Positions 36,530-50,200 of a DNA stretch of 64,000 bases are shown piece by piece. The stretch covers positions 868,001-932,000 of the forward strand of contig NW_026782170.1 in NCBI RefSeq assembly GCF_031769215.1. Reading direction: 5' to 3'. The DNA comes from Ylistrum balloti. Taxonomy: Eukaryota. The position numbers were made by a program, and so were the translations under genes. Each line of letters opens with the position of its first letter. Position 1 is the stretch's first letter. A model generated the notes under the pieces. That model had not been told where the DNA came from. It saw only the letters and a program-made list of their open reading frames with translations, and ran no database searches.

Positions 36530-38845
36530 TTTTCACCACACCATCCGTAGTCACCACACCACCCGTAGTCACCACACGATCCGTAGTCATCGTAGTCACC
36601 ACACCACCCGTAGTCACCACACCACCCGTAGTCACCGTCGTCGCCACACCACCCGTAGTCACCGTAGAAACCGTAGTCACCATACCACCCGTAGTCACCA
36701 CACCACCCGTAGTCACCGTAGTCACCACACCACCCATAGTCACCGTAATCACCACACCATCCGTAGTCACCGTAGTCACCACACCACTCGTAGTCACCAC
36801 ACCACCCGTAGTCACCACACCACCCGTAGTCACTGTCGTCGCCACACCACCCGTAGTCACCGTAGAAACCGTAGTCACCATACCACCCGTAGTCACCGTA
36901 GTCACCACACCACCCGTAGTCACCGTAATCACCACACCATCCGTAGTCACCGTAGTCACCACACCACTCGTAGTCACCGTAGTCACCACACCACACGTAG
37001 TCACCGTAGTTACCGTAGTCACCAAACCACCTGTAGTCACCACACCACACGTAGTCACCGAAGTCACAACACCAACCGTAGTCACCACACTACCTGTAGT
37101 CACCGTAGTCACCACACCACCCGTAGTCACCGTAGTCACCACACCACCCGTAGTCACCGTAGTCACCACACCACCCGTAGTCACGGTAGTCACCACACTT
37201 CCCGTAGTCACCGTAGTCACCACACCACCGTAGTCACCACACCACCCGTAGTCACCGTCGTAGCCATACCACCCGTAGTCATTGTAGTAACCGTTGTCAC
37301 CATACCACCCGTAGTCACCACACCATCCGTAGTCACCGTAGCCACCATACCACCCGTGGTCACCACACCACCCGTAGTCACCACACCACCCGTAGTCACC
37401 ACACCACCCGTAGTCACCACACCACCCGTAGCCATGGTAGTCACCACATTTCCCGTAGTCACCGTAGTCGCTACACCACCGTAGTCACCACACCACCCGT
37501 AGTCACCGTAGTAACCGTAGTCACCATACCACCCGTAGTCACCACACCACCCGTAGTCACCGTAGTCACCACACCACCCGTAGTCACCACACCACCGTAG
37601 TCACCACACCACCCGTAGTCACCGTAGTCACAACACCACCGTAGTCACCACACCACCCGTAGTCACCGTAGTCATCACACCACCCGTAGTCACCACACCA
37701 CCCGTATTCACCGTAGTCACATCACCACCTGTAGTAACCACACTTCCTGCAGTCACCACACCACCCGTAGTCACCGTAGTCACAACACCACCCGTAGTCA
37801 CCACACTACCTGTAGTCACCGTAGTCACCACACCACCCGTATTCACCGTAGTCACAACACCACCTGTAGTAACCACACTTTCTGTAGTCAACACACCACC
37901 CGTAGTCATGGTAGTCACGACACTTCCCATAGTCACCACACCACCGTAGTCACCACACCACCCGTAGTCACCGTCGTCGCCACACCACCCGTAGTTACCG
38001 TAGTCACCATACCACCCGTAGTCACCGTAGTCACCATACCACACGTAGTCACCGTAGTCACTACACCATCCGTAGTCACCGTAGTCACCACATCACCCGT
38101 AGTAACCGTAGTCACCATACCACCTGTAGTCACCACACCAGCTGTAGACACCGTAGTCACCACACCACCCGTAGTCACCGTAGTCACCACACCACCCGTA
38201 GTCACGGTAGTCACCACACTTTCCGTAGTCACCACACCACCCGTAGTCACCAGTCACCACACCACCCGTAGTCACCACACTACCCGTAGTCACCACACCA
38301 CCCGTACTCACAACACCATCCGAAGTCATCACACCACCCGTAGTCACCACACCACCCATAGTCACTACACCACCGGAAGTCACCTTAGTCACCACACCAC
38401 CCGTTGTCATCGTAGTCACAACACCACCCGTAGTCACCGTAGTCATCACACCACCCGTACTCACCTCACCAACCATAGTCATTACATCACCCGTAGTCAC
38501 CACACCACCCGTAGTCACCATACCACCCGTAGTCACCACACCACTCGAGGTCACCGTAGTGATCACAACACCCGTAGTCACCACACCACCCAGTCACCAC
38601 ACCACCCACAGTCACCACACCACCTGTAGTCACCACACCACCACCCATAGTCACAACACCACCCCACCCGTAGTCACCAGTCACCACACCACTTGTAGTC
38701 ACCACACCACCTGTAGTCACCACACCACCCATAGTCAGAACACCACCCGTAGTCACCACACCACCTGTAGTCAGCGTAGTCACCACACCACTTGAAGTCA
38801 CCGTAGTCACCACCCCACCCGAAGTCACCACTCCACCCCACCTGT
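36530..38845. repeat. Complex low-complexity array built from CACCGTAGT / CACCACACCACCCGTAGT subunits
   Basis: Direct reading; it generates the RSHHTT, VVTTGG and DYGWCG ORFs. Confidence 0.97.
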
Positions 38846-38989
38846 AGTGAATGTGGGTTATTTTGTTTGTGCTACCAGTTCTTTGTTATTTTTCGATGGT
38901 GTTATCTGTACTAATCCTCCAGCAATGCCAGTCATATTCAAACTGTATGTACTTGGGTTTCTCAATGTTACTCAATGCTGCCAAATGAA

Positions 38990-39255
38990 CCATTGGACCA
39001 TCTCTACAATTGATGTTACAATAATTCTTGTTATTTCTACATTCGGTACCTGGTAACAGTGACCTCCTTACTTTGACCATCACTACACTTGATGTTACAA
39101 TAATTCTTGTTATTTCTACATGCGGTACCAGGTACCAGTGACCTCATTAGTTTGACCATCTCTACACTTGATGTTACAATAATTCTTGTTATTCATACAT
39201 TCGGCACCGGGTACCAGTGACCTCATTACTTTGACCATCTCCACACTTGATGTCT
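38990..39255. repeat. 79-bp tandem repeat, about 3.5 copies
   Basis: tgatgttaca-type anchor at 39011, 39090, 39169 and 39248. Confidence 0.85.
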
Positions 39256-42200
39256 GCTTCAGTGCTTCAATCACTTCCCTATCCTCACATTCACCGTCTT
39301 CTTCTGATTATGTTCATCTTCATCCACATTTTGCTATCCTCACACTCGTCTGATACCAACAATAATCAGACCATTTGGATCATCTCTGCACCTGATGCCT
39401 GCTTCATTTGTTTTTTTGTGTGTGTGTATCTTTGTTCACTTTTTGCTGTCTTCACACTCAGTATTTGTTACCATCACATTGGCTATTCACTGTCTTTCCT
39501 ATGTCAATCTACTTTCAATCTTTTTGTCTATACACATATTTGGTGTCTGCTGCTCATCATGTGTTTATTACCAAGAGAAGCCTTTAAACAGGTAACTTAC
39601 AAATCTAGTCATCAAGAGTTCTCAAAAATAAGCTGCTCACGTATATGGAAACGTATATGTATGGGAGGGCTATAAAACTGAAACAGCTGATTATTCAGTA
39701 TTCAATGTCTTGCAATTAAACAGTATTGTTAAAGGAAAAACAATAGTTGTAAGAGTAACAAAATGGCATATGTTTACAATGAAGTATAGCCTCACCAATC
39801 ATGGTAGTTTGTCCACGCATGTGTTAAAATAAAACCATTTCAAAAATCTTAACTTACACTTCAGAAAATCAGCAAACATCTAAACATCTGAAATATTAAG
39901 AGATTTATGTTCCCTTACAGATATAATTCAATGTAGGTATGCGTATTCATTACCAGTTTATTTATTAGAACTCTAATAGTTGCTTTCTTTCTGTCAGTCC
40001 AAAACTGTGTGGAATGACTTATCTGAACACTGAAATATTGCGTAATTAAAAACAAGTTTAATAAATAGCAGGTGAATATTGACATGTACACAGATATATT
40101 TGTGTGTACAACTATGTTTGTGTTACATCATATTATTTTTGAGAATATCAATCCAGTATTAGAAAATTTCCATTAAATGTGTAGCCCGCCTCTCACCAGA
40201 TTTGCGCAGATTAAAACCTGTCACTGCAAATTTTATCCAGATCTTTTATCCAATTATCCAAGAAAAGAACATGGTATACACTTTCTGAGTTTATGAGAAT
40301 AATTAGATGAGATTTGTTGATATAATCATTACTGTTTTGTTCCACAGGCTTCTCTGTGCTATAAATGATACATAGCTCGCGACTTACTGAAGTCTAGCAT
40401 TTTTCGACCAGTGATACCCTAACTAGAATGCTGAGTCCCTGAAACTCATTCTCCATCACCAAATCATGATGATTAATCATCACACATTGTATTTTTTTTG
40501 TTAGTAATTTAGAATTGTTTCGGTGTTCCGTTTATACGATCTGGTTACCTACAATGCTCAGAAAGCAACACCAAGACCAAAAATATCATAAACATAAATT
40601 TACTCAAATATTACATAAGCATCAACATCATCGACAACAATATCTCAAGATGGAGACATAATAAATATATATGGGACCATTGTCCAAGTCAGGAGAGGAT
40701 ACATGGAACATGTCTTGTGGCTTTGAGATAAGAAATGTAGGAAAGGGCATCAAAAACTATATTAGAGGAATCATTACCAACATTTTTTCAGGATATAGTT
40801 AGATCAAACTTGGGTTAGATTGTGAACATGTTAAACACAAATTTCGTTACATGATGTGATATAACCATCGAGAAAACATGCATATCATTTTTTTTTCTTT
40901 TCCAAACATTTCAAATATGGTATCTTACCAGATGTAGAGCTTTGTTTTGGAATAAGCCTGCTATTTATCTGGTAAAAAAATTGAAAAAAAAAAAGAAATA
41001 ATATTTTGTTTTATCTAATCATATGTAAAAAATAACTTTTCATTAAAAACAATACTTTTTTGTCATTTGAATACGTTCTTTGTGTACATTGAAAAGGAAA
41101 GTTTTGTCATCATTACAGTGTTCTGTGAATGGCTGGTAGATGAATATACCGGTAACATATGTGTGATGTGATAGATACAACTTGAGGTTAGAACCATAAT
41201 CTTGCTGTTTGCTCATCTATCATCATAAAGTTTAATGATAAATGATTGTTAAAGTAACAGACTATATTGTATTAAGTTCAAATTTAGTGAAGTTAATAAA
41301 ACATGTTATTGACAATCAAGATTAAAAATAAATATTTTCCTTCACTCAAGGTTAATGAATTACATGCCATGAAACATTCAATATAGTAATCATATATCAC
41401 ATCGATGATCCTCAGAAATTAATATTTGCAATATATATTTGTATGTGTCGTAAAATTTTGTGTTTTTTTCTTAAATGAAACTGTCATCTGTTCTTTGTAT
41501 AATGCTGTTAGAGTTTTCATTATATCTGACTCCTAGGACATTGAAAGTAACTCTAGGTCATTTCTTTTGGAAAACTTGATAACATTCCATTACACAAGAC
41601 CTTCATCAAATATCAGGATAATGGGGTGATGAAACCAAGACAGCCTCACACCATACTGCTATAACTTTTAGCCCAAGTCAGCACCCAGTTTACCATTATC
41701 CTAAGACAACCCATCAAATGTACCAGGTAGTAGAATATCTAAAGCAATACTGGCTGTGACTTTTCCTTAAAGTGTAAAACCTAGACATTTATGTGAGGAA
41801 ATGTAAAGACACTCCATCTCAGTTTACCTATGGGTATAACTTAAGTTCTTAAAACGTAATATGTTTTTCACAACTGCAACTATGGTCAAGGCCATTTATA
41901 TGAAGAATGCATCATGCCATTTGAGATACCAAATCTGGGGATCCTGATTCAATGAAGCTTTCACAGAAAATTGCTGAAAGTGAGAAAAGGGACGCTTCAT
42001 AGGAAGTTTAAGGGAACATTCTGTTATGTAAGCTGCAAACATATCATGCCACTGTTTAATCCTTAGATAACAGAAATCTGTTTGTTTGTTAAATAACTTG
42101 TGATGTCATTATGGTATTTGATAACATCAGATGTTACCTATCTATCCAAAATATGAGTCAGATGCATTATTGCTAACTCACTGAGTCATCTTCATAATAA

Positions 42201-42334
42201 ATAATCATTATTTCCATCGAAATGATTTCAAATTAACATTCTAAACATTGTGTATTGTTGACATGATTTTGTTATTGTTTCTACAGAGGCAGGCACTGGG
42301 ACTGGAGTTACTAACATTAGTGTCACACATGTAG

Positions 42335-43480
42335 ATATGCCTCCATGTCTCCATCATGACGCATACCTACATACCGAGTATATCCATCATGACACATGCC
42401 TACATACCAAGTATATCCATCATGTCACATGCCTACATACCAAGTATATCCATCATGACACATACCTACATACCAAATATATCCATCATGGCACATGCCT
42501 ACATACTGAGTATACATGACACACCTACATAATATATCCATCATGCCTACACATGCCTACATACCGAGTGTATCCGTCATGACACATACCTACATACCGA
42601 GTATATCCATCATGACCTACATACCGAGTATATCCATCATGACACATGCCTACATACCAAGTATATCCATCATGACACATGCCTACATACTGAGTATATC
42701 CATCATGACACATGCCTACATACCAAGTATATCCATCATGACACATGCCTACATACTGAGTATATCCATCATGACACATACCTACATACCAAGTATATCC
42801 ATCATGACACATATCTACATACAGAGTGTATCCATCATGACACATACCTACATACAGAGTATGTCCATCATGACACATACCTACATACCAAGTATATCCA
42901 TCATGACACATACATACTGAGTATATCCATCATGACACATACCTACATACCAAGTATATCCATCATGACACATGCCTACATACTGAGTATATCCATCATG
43001 ACACATGCCTACATACTGAGTATATCCATCATGACACATACCTACATACCTAGTGTATCCATCATGACACATACATACAGAGTATATCCATCATGACACA
43101 TACCTACATACTGAGTATATCCATCATGACACATACCTACATACCTAGTGTATCCATCATGACACATACATACAGAGTATATCCATCATGACACATACCT
43201 ACATACTGAGTATATCCATCATGACACATACCTACATACTGAGTATATCCATCATGACACATGCCTACATACTGAGTATATCCATCATGACACATACATA
43301 CTGAGTATATCATCATCACATGACACATACCTACATACCTAGTGTATCCATCATGACACATACATACTGAGTATATCCATCATGACACATACCTACATAC
43401 CTAGTGTGTCCATCATGACACATACCTACATACCGAGTATATCCATCATGACACATGCCTACATATCCAGTACCTCCGTC
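42335..43480. repeat. 33-bp minisatellite
   Basis: Unit gagtatatccatcatgacacatacctacatact; source of the MTHAYIPSISI and MCHDGYT ORFs. Confidence 0.95.
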
Positions 43481-45039
43481 ACAACACATGCCTAAATTTC
43501 CTGTACATCCATCATGTCATACACCTTAATTCTGTACTCATAATTGCAGCAGTCAATCATCAATATACTGTGGTCACCTTATCTTGAATAAATACCCCAC
43601 TCATATCACACAACATTCCCACATACATTTAACTCACATGGCATACTTATAAACCCCACTCACATTTAATTAATTTACACACATGTATACTTACCTTACA
43701 TAACATACTTATCAACTTGACTCACATTAACCAGTTTACATACATGTATATGACCTACTTATACGACACACTTTTGTACCTAACTCATACCTAGCTCATT
43801 TATATATCTGTATTATTTACTCACATTTTTCACTTGTGTATTATATTAGCATAACACACATGAATAATCTACTCATATATATACCACATTATGCATTATG
43901 GTATTGCACAAGTAAGTAGTTTCACCACTTACTACATTATATCATAACACATTCAACAGGGCTTTAGCCATTTATGTTGGAAGAAGACTTACCTGATTAA
44001 AAAAAAAAAAAAAATTAAATGCAAGTTTTATTTTTAAAACAAGTCTGTTCACATTCTGGCTTCACCTTTACATAAACAGAGATAAAACAACAGCATTTTC
44101 CTGCATTAAAAAATACATGCTGGTAACACTATGATCATTAATACTGTAGCCTCAGACATACTATCTAATCTAACTCGGACATGATACAAATTTGTCATCA
44201 CATATATTGTTACCATGGTGAAAGGAGATCCTACAATAATCACACTAGGATTGAGGAATAAACAGATTAGACGGTGCCTGTTATTTTTCTCTCCAGTTGT
44301 TAGTGTTACAGTCTTCAGTCATGCTATCAGGGGAGATAACTCCTTTACTTTTGACAACAAAAGTATACAGCACCAACATAACAATAACAAAGGAATACAT
44401 ATATATCGGTGGTATAAATTACAAAATGACAAACTTACTCAAAATAAACAAAGCAGTGTCAACTCACATTTTGTGGATTGTAGGGAAAAACATAAATTTC
44501 CCTAAAATATATTAATGTATGTTAATAAAGAAGGGGAAAAAAGACATTTATTTTGACAATATTAAGGACAATGAAATATAACACCATCATACAATATCCT
44601 CAAGTATATTTCTTTTGACTTCAGCTACTACATGAAAAATCATAAAAATATTTTGATATAAGGGGATAATCAACTGTAAATATATTTTCTGCAATAGGCA
44701 CTATTGATGTGCACCTTACAAGAACATAGGAAGGTTGCCAATTTGAACCATCCCACCCCTTATCACTTATGCTTATCACTAAACAGATGCAGGATGGTCT
44801 AAATTGGTACCCTTCCTTTCAGTTAAATAAAATGCAAAGTTTGGAATCAAGTCTGTATTTGATTGAAATGTCATATTTATATTATATCTGTATAAAGGTG
44901 TGTGTATACATGAATACTGGGTTCACTGTAATGCTTATGTTAATCTCGTGAATTATTGCAAAATTCAATATTTCTTGGTTTCAACACAATCTCATCACTT
45001 AAAATTTCCTGTTGTCAATGACAAAACACTCATTATATA

Positions 45040-45620
45040 GAGCCATAACTGGCTACAGCTGTGATTGGCTTAAGTTCCTGATGTAATGCTTAGCAGAGCT
45101 GTGATTACCTACAGGTTCCTAATGTAATACCTAGCAGAGCTATGATTGGCTACAGGTTCCTATTGTTTGATCTAGCAGAGCTGTGATTGACTATAGGTTC
45201 CTATTGTTTAATCTAGCAGAGCTGTGATTACCTACAGGTTCCTAATGTAATACCTAGCAGAGCTATGATTGGCTACAGGTTCCTATTGTTTAATCTAGCA
45301 GAGCTGTGATTGCCTACAGGTTCCTAATGTAATACCTAGCAGAGCTATGATTGGCTACAGGTTCCTAATGTAATACCTCGCAGAGCTATGATTGGCTACA
45401 GGTTCCTATTGTTTGATCTAGCAGAGCTGTGATTGGCTACAGGTTCCTATTGTTACACCTAGCAGATGATGATGATGATGGTTTATCATCTCTGTGACTC
45501 TGCCTGTTGCCGGGCATTGTCCATGAGTTGGTTCTCTGACAACATGAGAGCTGTGATTGGCTATAGGTACCTAATGTAACAGCTAACACGGCTGTGATTG
45601 ATTATAGGTTGCGATTGTTT
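45040..45620. repeat. 41-bp minisatellite
   Basis: Unit ctagcagagctgtgattggctacaggttcctattgtttgat, interrupted by (GAT)n near 45465. Confidence 0.9.
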
Positions 45621-45869
45621 TGGTTTCAGGTGTGACATCACAACTACAATACTTTAAAGATTTCTTACTTTGATTAAGGTATGGTGACTTAAAAAGAACA
45701 TGTCACATGTGTTCAATGTAGCTGATTAGACACTTATAAAAAATCAGTACTCATGAAGGGCTAAATCAATCACAAGAAAAAGACTCACAAAGAAATTGAT
45801 ATGACATGATTACACATAATGTTAATGAATGCTAGATGAAAGTTTGGTTTGTGACAAATTGAAAATGTA

Positions 45870-46050
45870 TGTTGAGCGAGATTTTTTGTCTGCAGTAGGC
45901 ATTCGAGTGAGAGTTTTTTGTCTGCAGTAAGCGATTGAGAGAGATTTCTGGCTGTAGTATGTGGACCAGTCATATTTTTTGTCTGCAGTAGGCGATTGAG
46001 TGAGATTTTTGGCTGTAGTATGCGGACCAGTGAGATTTTTTATCTGTAGT
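45870..46050. repeat. Degenerate ~30-bp tandem repeat
   Basis: Recurring ttttgtctgcagtaggc / ggctgtagtatg.ggaccagt. Confidence 0.7.
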
Positions 46051-47241
46051 AGTTGGTTTAATGAAATTTTATTGGTTAATAATGAATAAAAGAATTTTTG
46101 ACAAAATGAGTTGATTATTAGGATACCATATGTTGACTGCAGTCTCAAACTAAGATTGTAGTAAAAATATTCACAATCATCTTGCAGTCAGTAGTACTGA
46201 TGATAATGACATTAAAACAACGTAAATATTACAAATATACACAAGAATGATGTAGAAACAATTAACTAACATAGGTATAAACAACACAAGGCAGTGACCC
46301 ATCAGCTGTGTCATTAATCTCTTTGACATACAAAAATATAAAATAAAAATATTTAAATAATATTTTATCATTAGGATTTTATATTAAAACAATAAAGCCT
46401 ATGTATACTGTATACCAGAGATATTACCATTAAATGGTGAATAAAAAATATAAAAACTTTTACCACACTTTCCTGATGAGAAGCTCAGTGGATAGTCCTC
46501 AGAAAACAATATCAGAGAAGGGTTTGATATAAGCATAGGCAGTCTGCTAGATTCTCCATTGTAAAACCATATGACGCAGGATTTTGCTAAGTATTGACAG
46601 ACTTATCACCAGCAAACAAAGTTTGAGACTAAAGACCAAAAAAATATATATATAGTATATTAAAGATTATAGCATATGTACTTTTAATAATAACACATGG
46701 GAATGCAAAGGATTAGACAACTGTAAGATGACAGCTATTTTACAAGTAAAGGTGTAAGCCCTGGTTTCCAAGGCCTTCCACAGTAAAACTCGGTAAAATG
46801 AAACTGTTAACAACAGGTCAGTAGAGCACCTACCAGTTTGATTTTTATCAAAATGACTCATGACATATCAGACATGTCACTGTTGGCACATCATGATTTT
46901 CAGGATGTCAGGGAGAATAAATTATGAATTTCGGCAAGTCAACATAGCAACAACATAAAAGTGGGGATGTCATAATTGTAGATGGGTATACAAAATTAAG
47001 CAGCCAATTTGTGATCACCAAATCTGCCCCTCTAATTCCTCTTATCTAGCAACAGACCGCTGAAAGCCAATAAATGCCCAGCGATGGACTGCTGACAACT
47101 AATAGATCTTACTGATGTTTACAGATTTCTTCACAACCATTGGTCTGGTATATCTGGAGCACGATAATGTTTTCCATACACAGCTATGGTCAGTTTCTGT
47201 GCTGCCCCATTTATAAATATAATAAATGATGACCATCCTTA

Positions 47242-50200
47242 TCAAAATGGTGAATTCATTCCAAGCTTTGTGCCAAAGTGGAGCCGTGTACGTTTCTGGT
47301 ATCGAGAGTACAGTCTGGAAAAGGCAATACATAATTTATCTTTTATATACATATATTTTTTTTTGATTTTCAAAAAGAGAATTTGCTCCAATTTTTTAAA
47401 AACTGTTCATTCATATCCTGTGGATAAGGAAAACAAATTCTCACAAACCTAAGACTACTGATGTGGAGAAGGATTAAAATCAAGAAATAATACATTTATT
47501 AAAAATTTCAAAATTATTGTCTTTAACATTGCAACATTTCAGTTGTATATTAAATCACAATAGTTGTATAGATATTTTGAAATCATTCTTTCAGTTACTT
47601 ACTTAACCTCATGACGTTTAACCAGTTCGTTGATGAAAAGAATGACAAGAGGGAAGCTGAAACCGATTCCCCACACAGCTGGGTGAACACTTCCAAGAGA
47701 CATTAGTCGATGCTGACCAGCCCCTCTTATAGACATATCACAGACGAAGAGCACCACCTGGCCACATATCCTGTAAAAGTGCAAGTATTTCTAAATGGAT
47801 GTGTGTATAAATACATGATTAACATGAAGACGTGTGGGTTATGGAATATTTCGCACAAAGAATTGAGAGAGGAAATATATATACATTTTATATAAATAGG
47901 AGAGAGTGAAGGTGAAAATATTCAGTCCTTTTACAGGAGTGAGAAATTGCAAAAATATGTAAGTCTAAATTTCAAATTGCAGGAATGAAACAAAAATTTA
48001 TATTTCATTTAAAATATGTATTAAGAAATAAACCAAACAGTGTATAGCATTTGTCTACTTAAGAATGAATTAACTGTGTAAACATAACATTGTGTAAACC
48101 TGTTTAACCACTATAAGTATAACCTGTGTAAACCACATAATGTATAACATAAGTAAACACAACCATATATAAACCTGTGTAAACCACATAATGTATAACA
48201 TAAGTAAACACAACCATATATAAACCTGTGTAAACCACATAATGTATAACATAAGTAAACACAACCATATATAAACCTGTGTAAACCACATAATGTATAA
48301 CATAAGTAAACACAACCATATATAAACCTGTGTAAACCACATAATGTATAACATAAGTAAACACAACCATGTATAAACCTGTGTAAACCACATAATGTAT
48401 AACATAAGTAAACACAACCATGTATAAACCTGTGTAAACCCTATAATGAACCACAAAATGTATAACATGAGTAAATTCAAGAATGTACAACATGTGTGAA
48501 CCACATAATGTATAAAATGAGTAAACCCCAACAATTTATAACCTGTGTAAACCCCAACAATTTATAACCTGTGTAAACCACATAACGTATAACCTGTGTA
48601 AACCCCAACAATTTATAACCTGTGTAAACCACATAACGTATAACCTGTGTAAACCCCAACAATTTATAACCTGTGTAAACCACATAACGTATAACCTGTG
48701 TAAACCCAAACAATTTATAACCTGTGTAAACCACATAATGTATAACCTGTGTAAACCCCAACAATTTATAACCTGTGTAAACCACATAATGTATAACCTG
48801 TGTTAACCACATAATGTACAAACCTGTGTAAACTTAACAAAGTATAACCTGTGGTAACCACATAATGTACAAACCTGTGTAAACTTAACAAAGTATAACC
48901 TGTGGTAACCACATAATGTACAAACCTGTGTTAACTTAACAAAGTATAACCTGTGGTAACCACAAAATATATAACATGAGAAAACCCAACAATGTCTTAC
49001 CCGTATAGACTGTATTGGTGACACTATAACTTCTTTACATCCAACAATGTTTACACTGGTGACAAGTATAAACCATCACAATATACATGTATGATGACAG
49101 GTAATATTTTCTTTTCTAAAAATATCAATATACATGACAATGCTGACTGACAATAGAAAAAAATTACTTACAGCAACAAGACGGTACACACCCACAGACG
49201 ATTGGTCAGGGGGTTCTGTTGCCAGATGTGGTCAGACCAATGTACAAAACTCACAGAGATCACAACTGAAACAAGAGCGAATCATCACTCAGGATGAAAA
49301 CTTGACTTAGATAGGAGTGTGAGAAATTTATGTACAGGCTGATCGTAACAAGGAACTTGGCATTGGCTTTAAATTTCTTTATAACATGAACCCTAAGTAT
49401 AACTGTAATTGACCTTTTAAGTTAAGTTGCTTGAGAATGTGTTGACTGATTCTGATCAAGAAAGGGCATAAAATTGCATAGGCTTAAAAATATCAGGTCC
49501 AGTATATAGACAAGAGAATTGAGACAACACAACACTTACCGAAGTAAAAGACGAGATAAAAAGTAAAGACATTTTGGGCCAGCACCAGGCCCCCGGAATA
49601 CTTGTCATACCATAGTTGACTACTGCTGTTGGCACTGTACAAAGGAATATCCAAAAATTAAGAATCAATGCTAACGTTAAGAACCAAAGCTCATCTTACT
49701 CTAACTGGTATTAAGAGAGGTATCTACCTAGTATATGAAAACCTGAAGTCAAAGTGAGCTATAGATCTAAATTAATTTCTCTGTTTCTAGAGAGATGTTC
49801 AAGATATGTCTAACTGGTGCAATACATTTTAAAATCCTAAACAGTATATCTCATATACAAAATTCATTCCTCATTTATTTATGTTGATAATATCATAAAT
49901 AATTATTAGGACTAAAAAGTAACAGGCTTACTGATTATTTCAGGGAAGAAATTAGTTGAAAGTTTGTTGAGGAAAAAATTGTCTCAAATAAGGCACAAAA
50001 CATGTAAATACCAATTAAGGCAAGAATGATAGAAGGGACATAACTACTATATAAACAGTTGTAATAAGTAATAGGTAGATTGTATATGTACATCTTCCTG
50101 TGTATTAAACACTTGTGTCAACTTTCACAATCTTAAAAATAAGAACAAATACAGGAAATTTTAAAAGTTGATAAATGCATATGAATATTTCTTCATAATA

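Noticed and set aside
38886-39255. Cys-containing EGF-like-looking peptides (ECRNNKNYCNINCRDG)
   Set aside because: They derive from a 79-bp tandem repeat whose length breaks the frame in each unit.
42337-43361. MTHAYIPSISI / MCHDGYT repeat ORFs
   Set aside because: 33-bp minisatellite with frame-breaking indels; no unique coding flanks or splice support.
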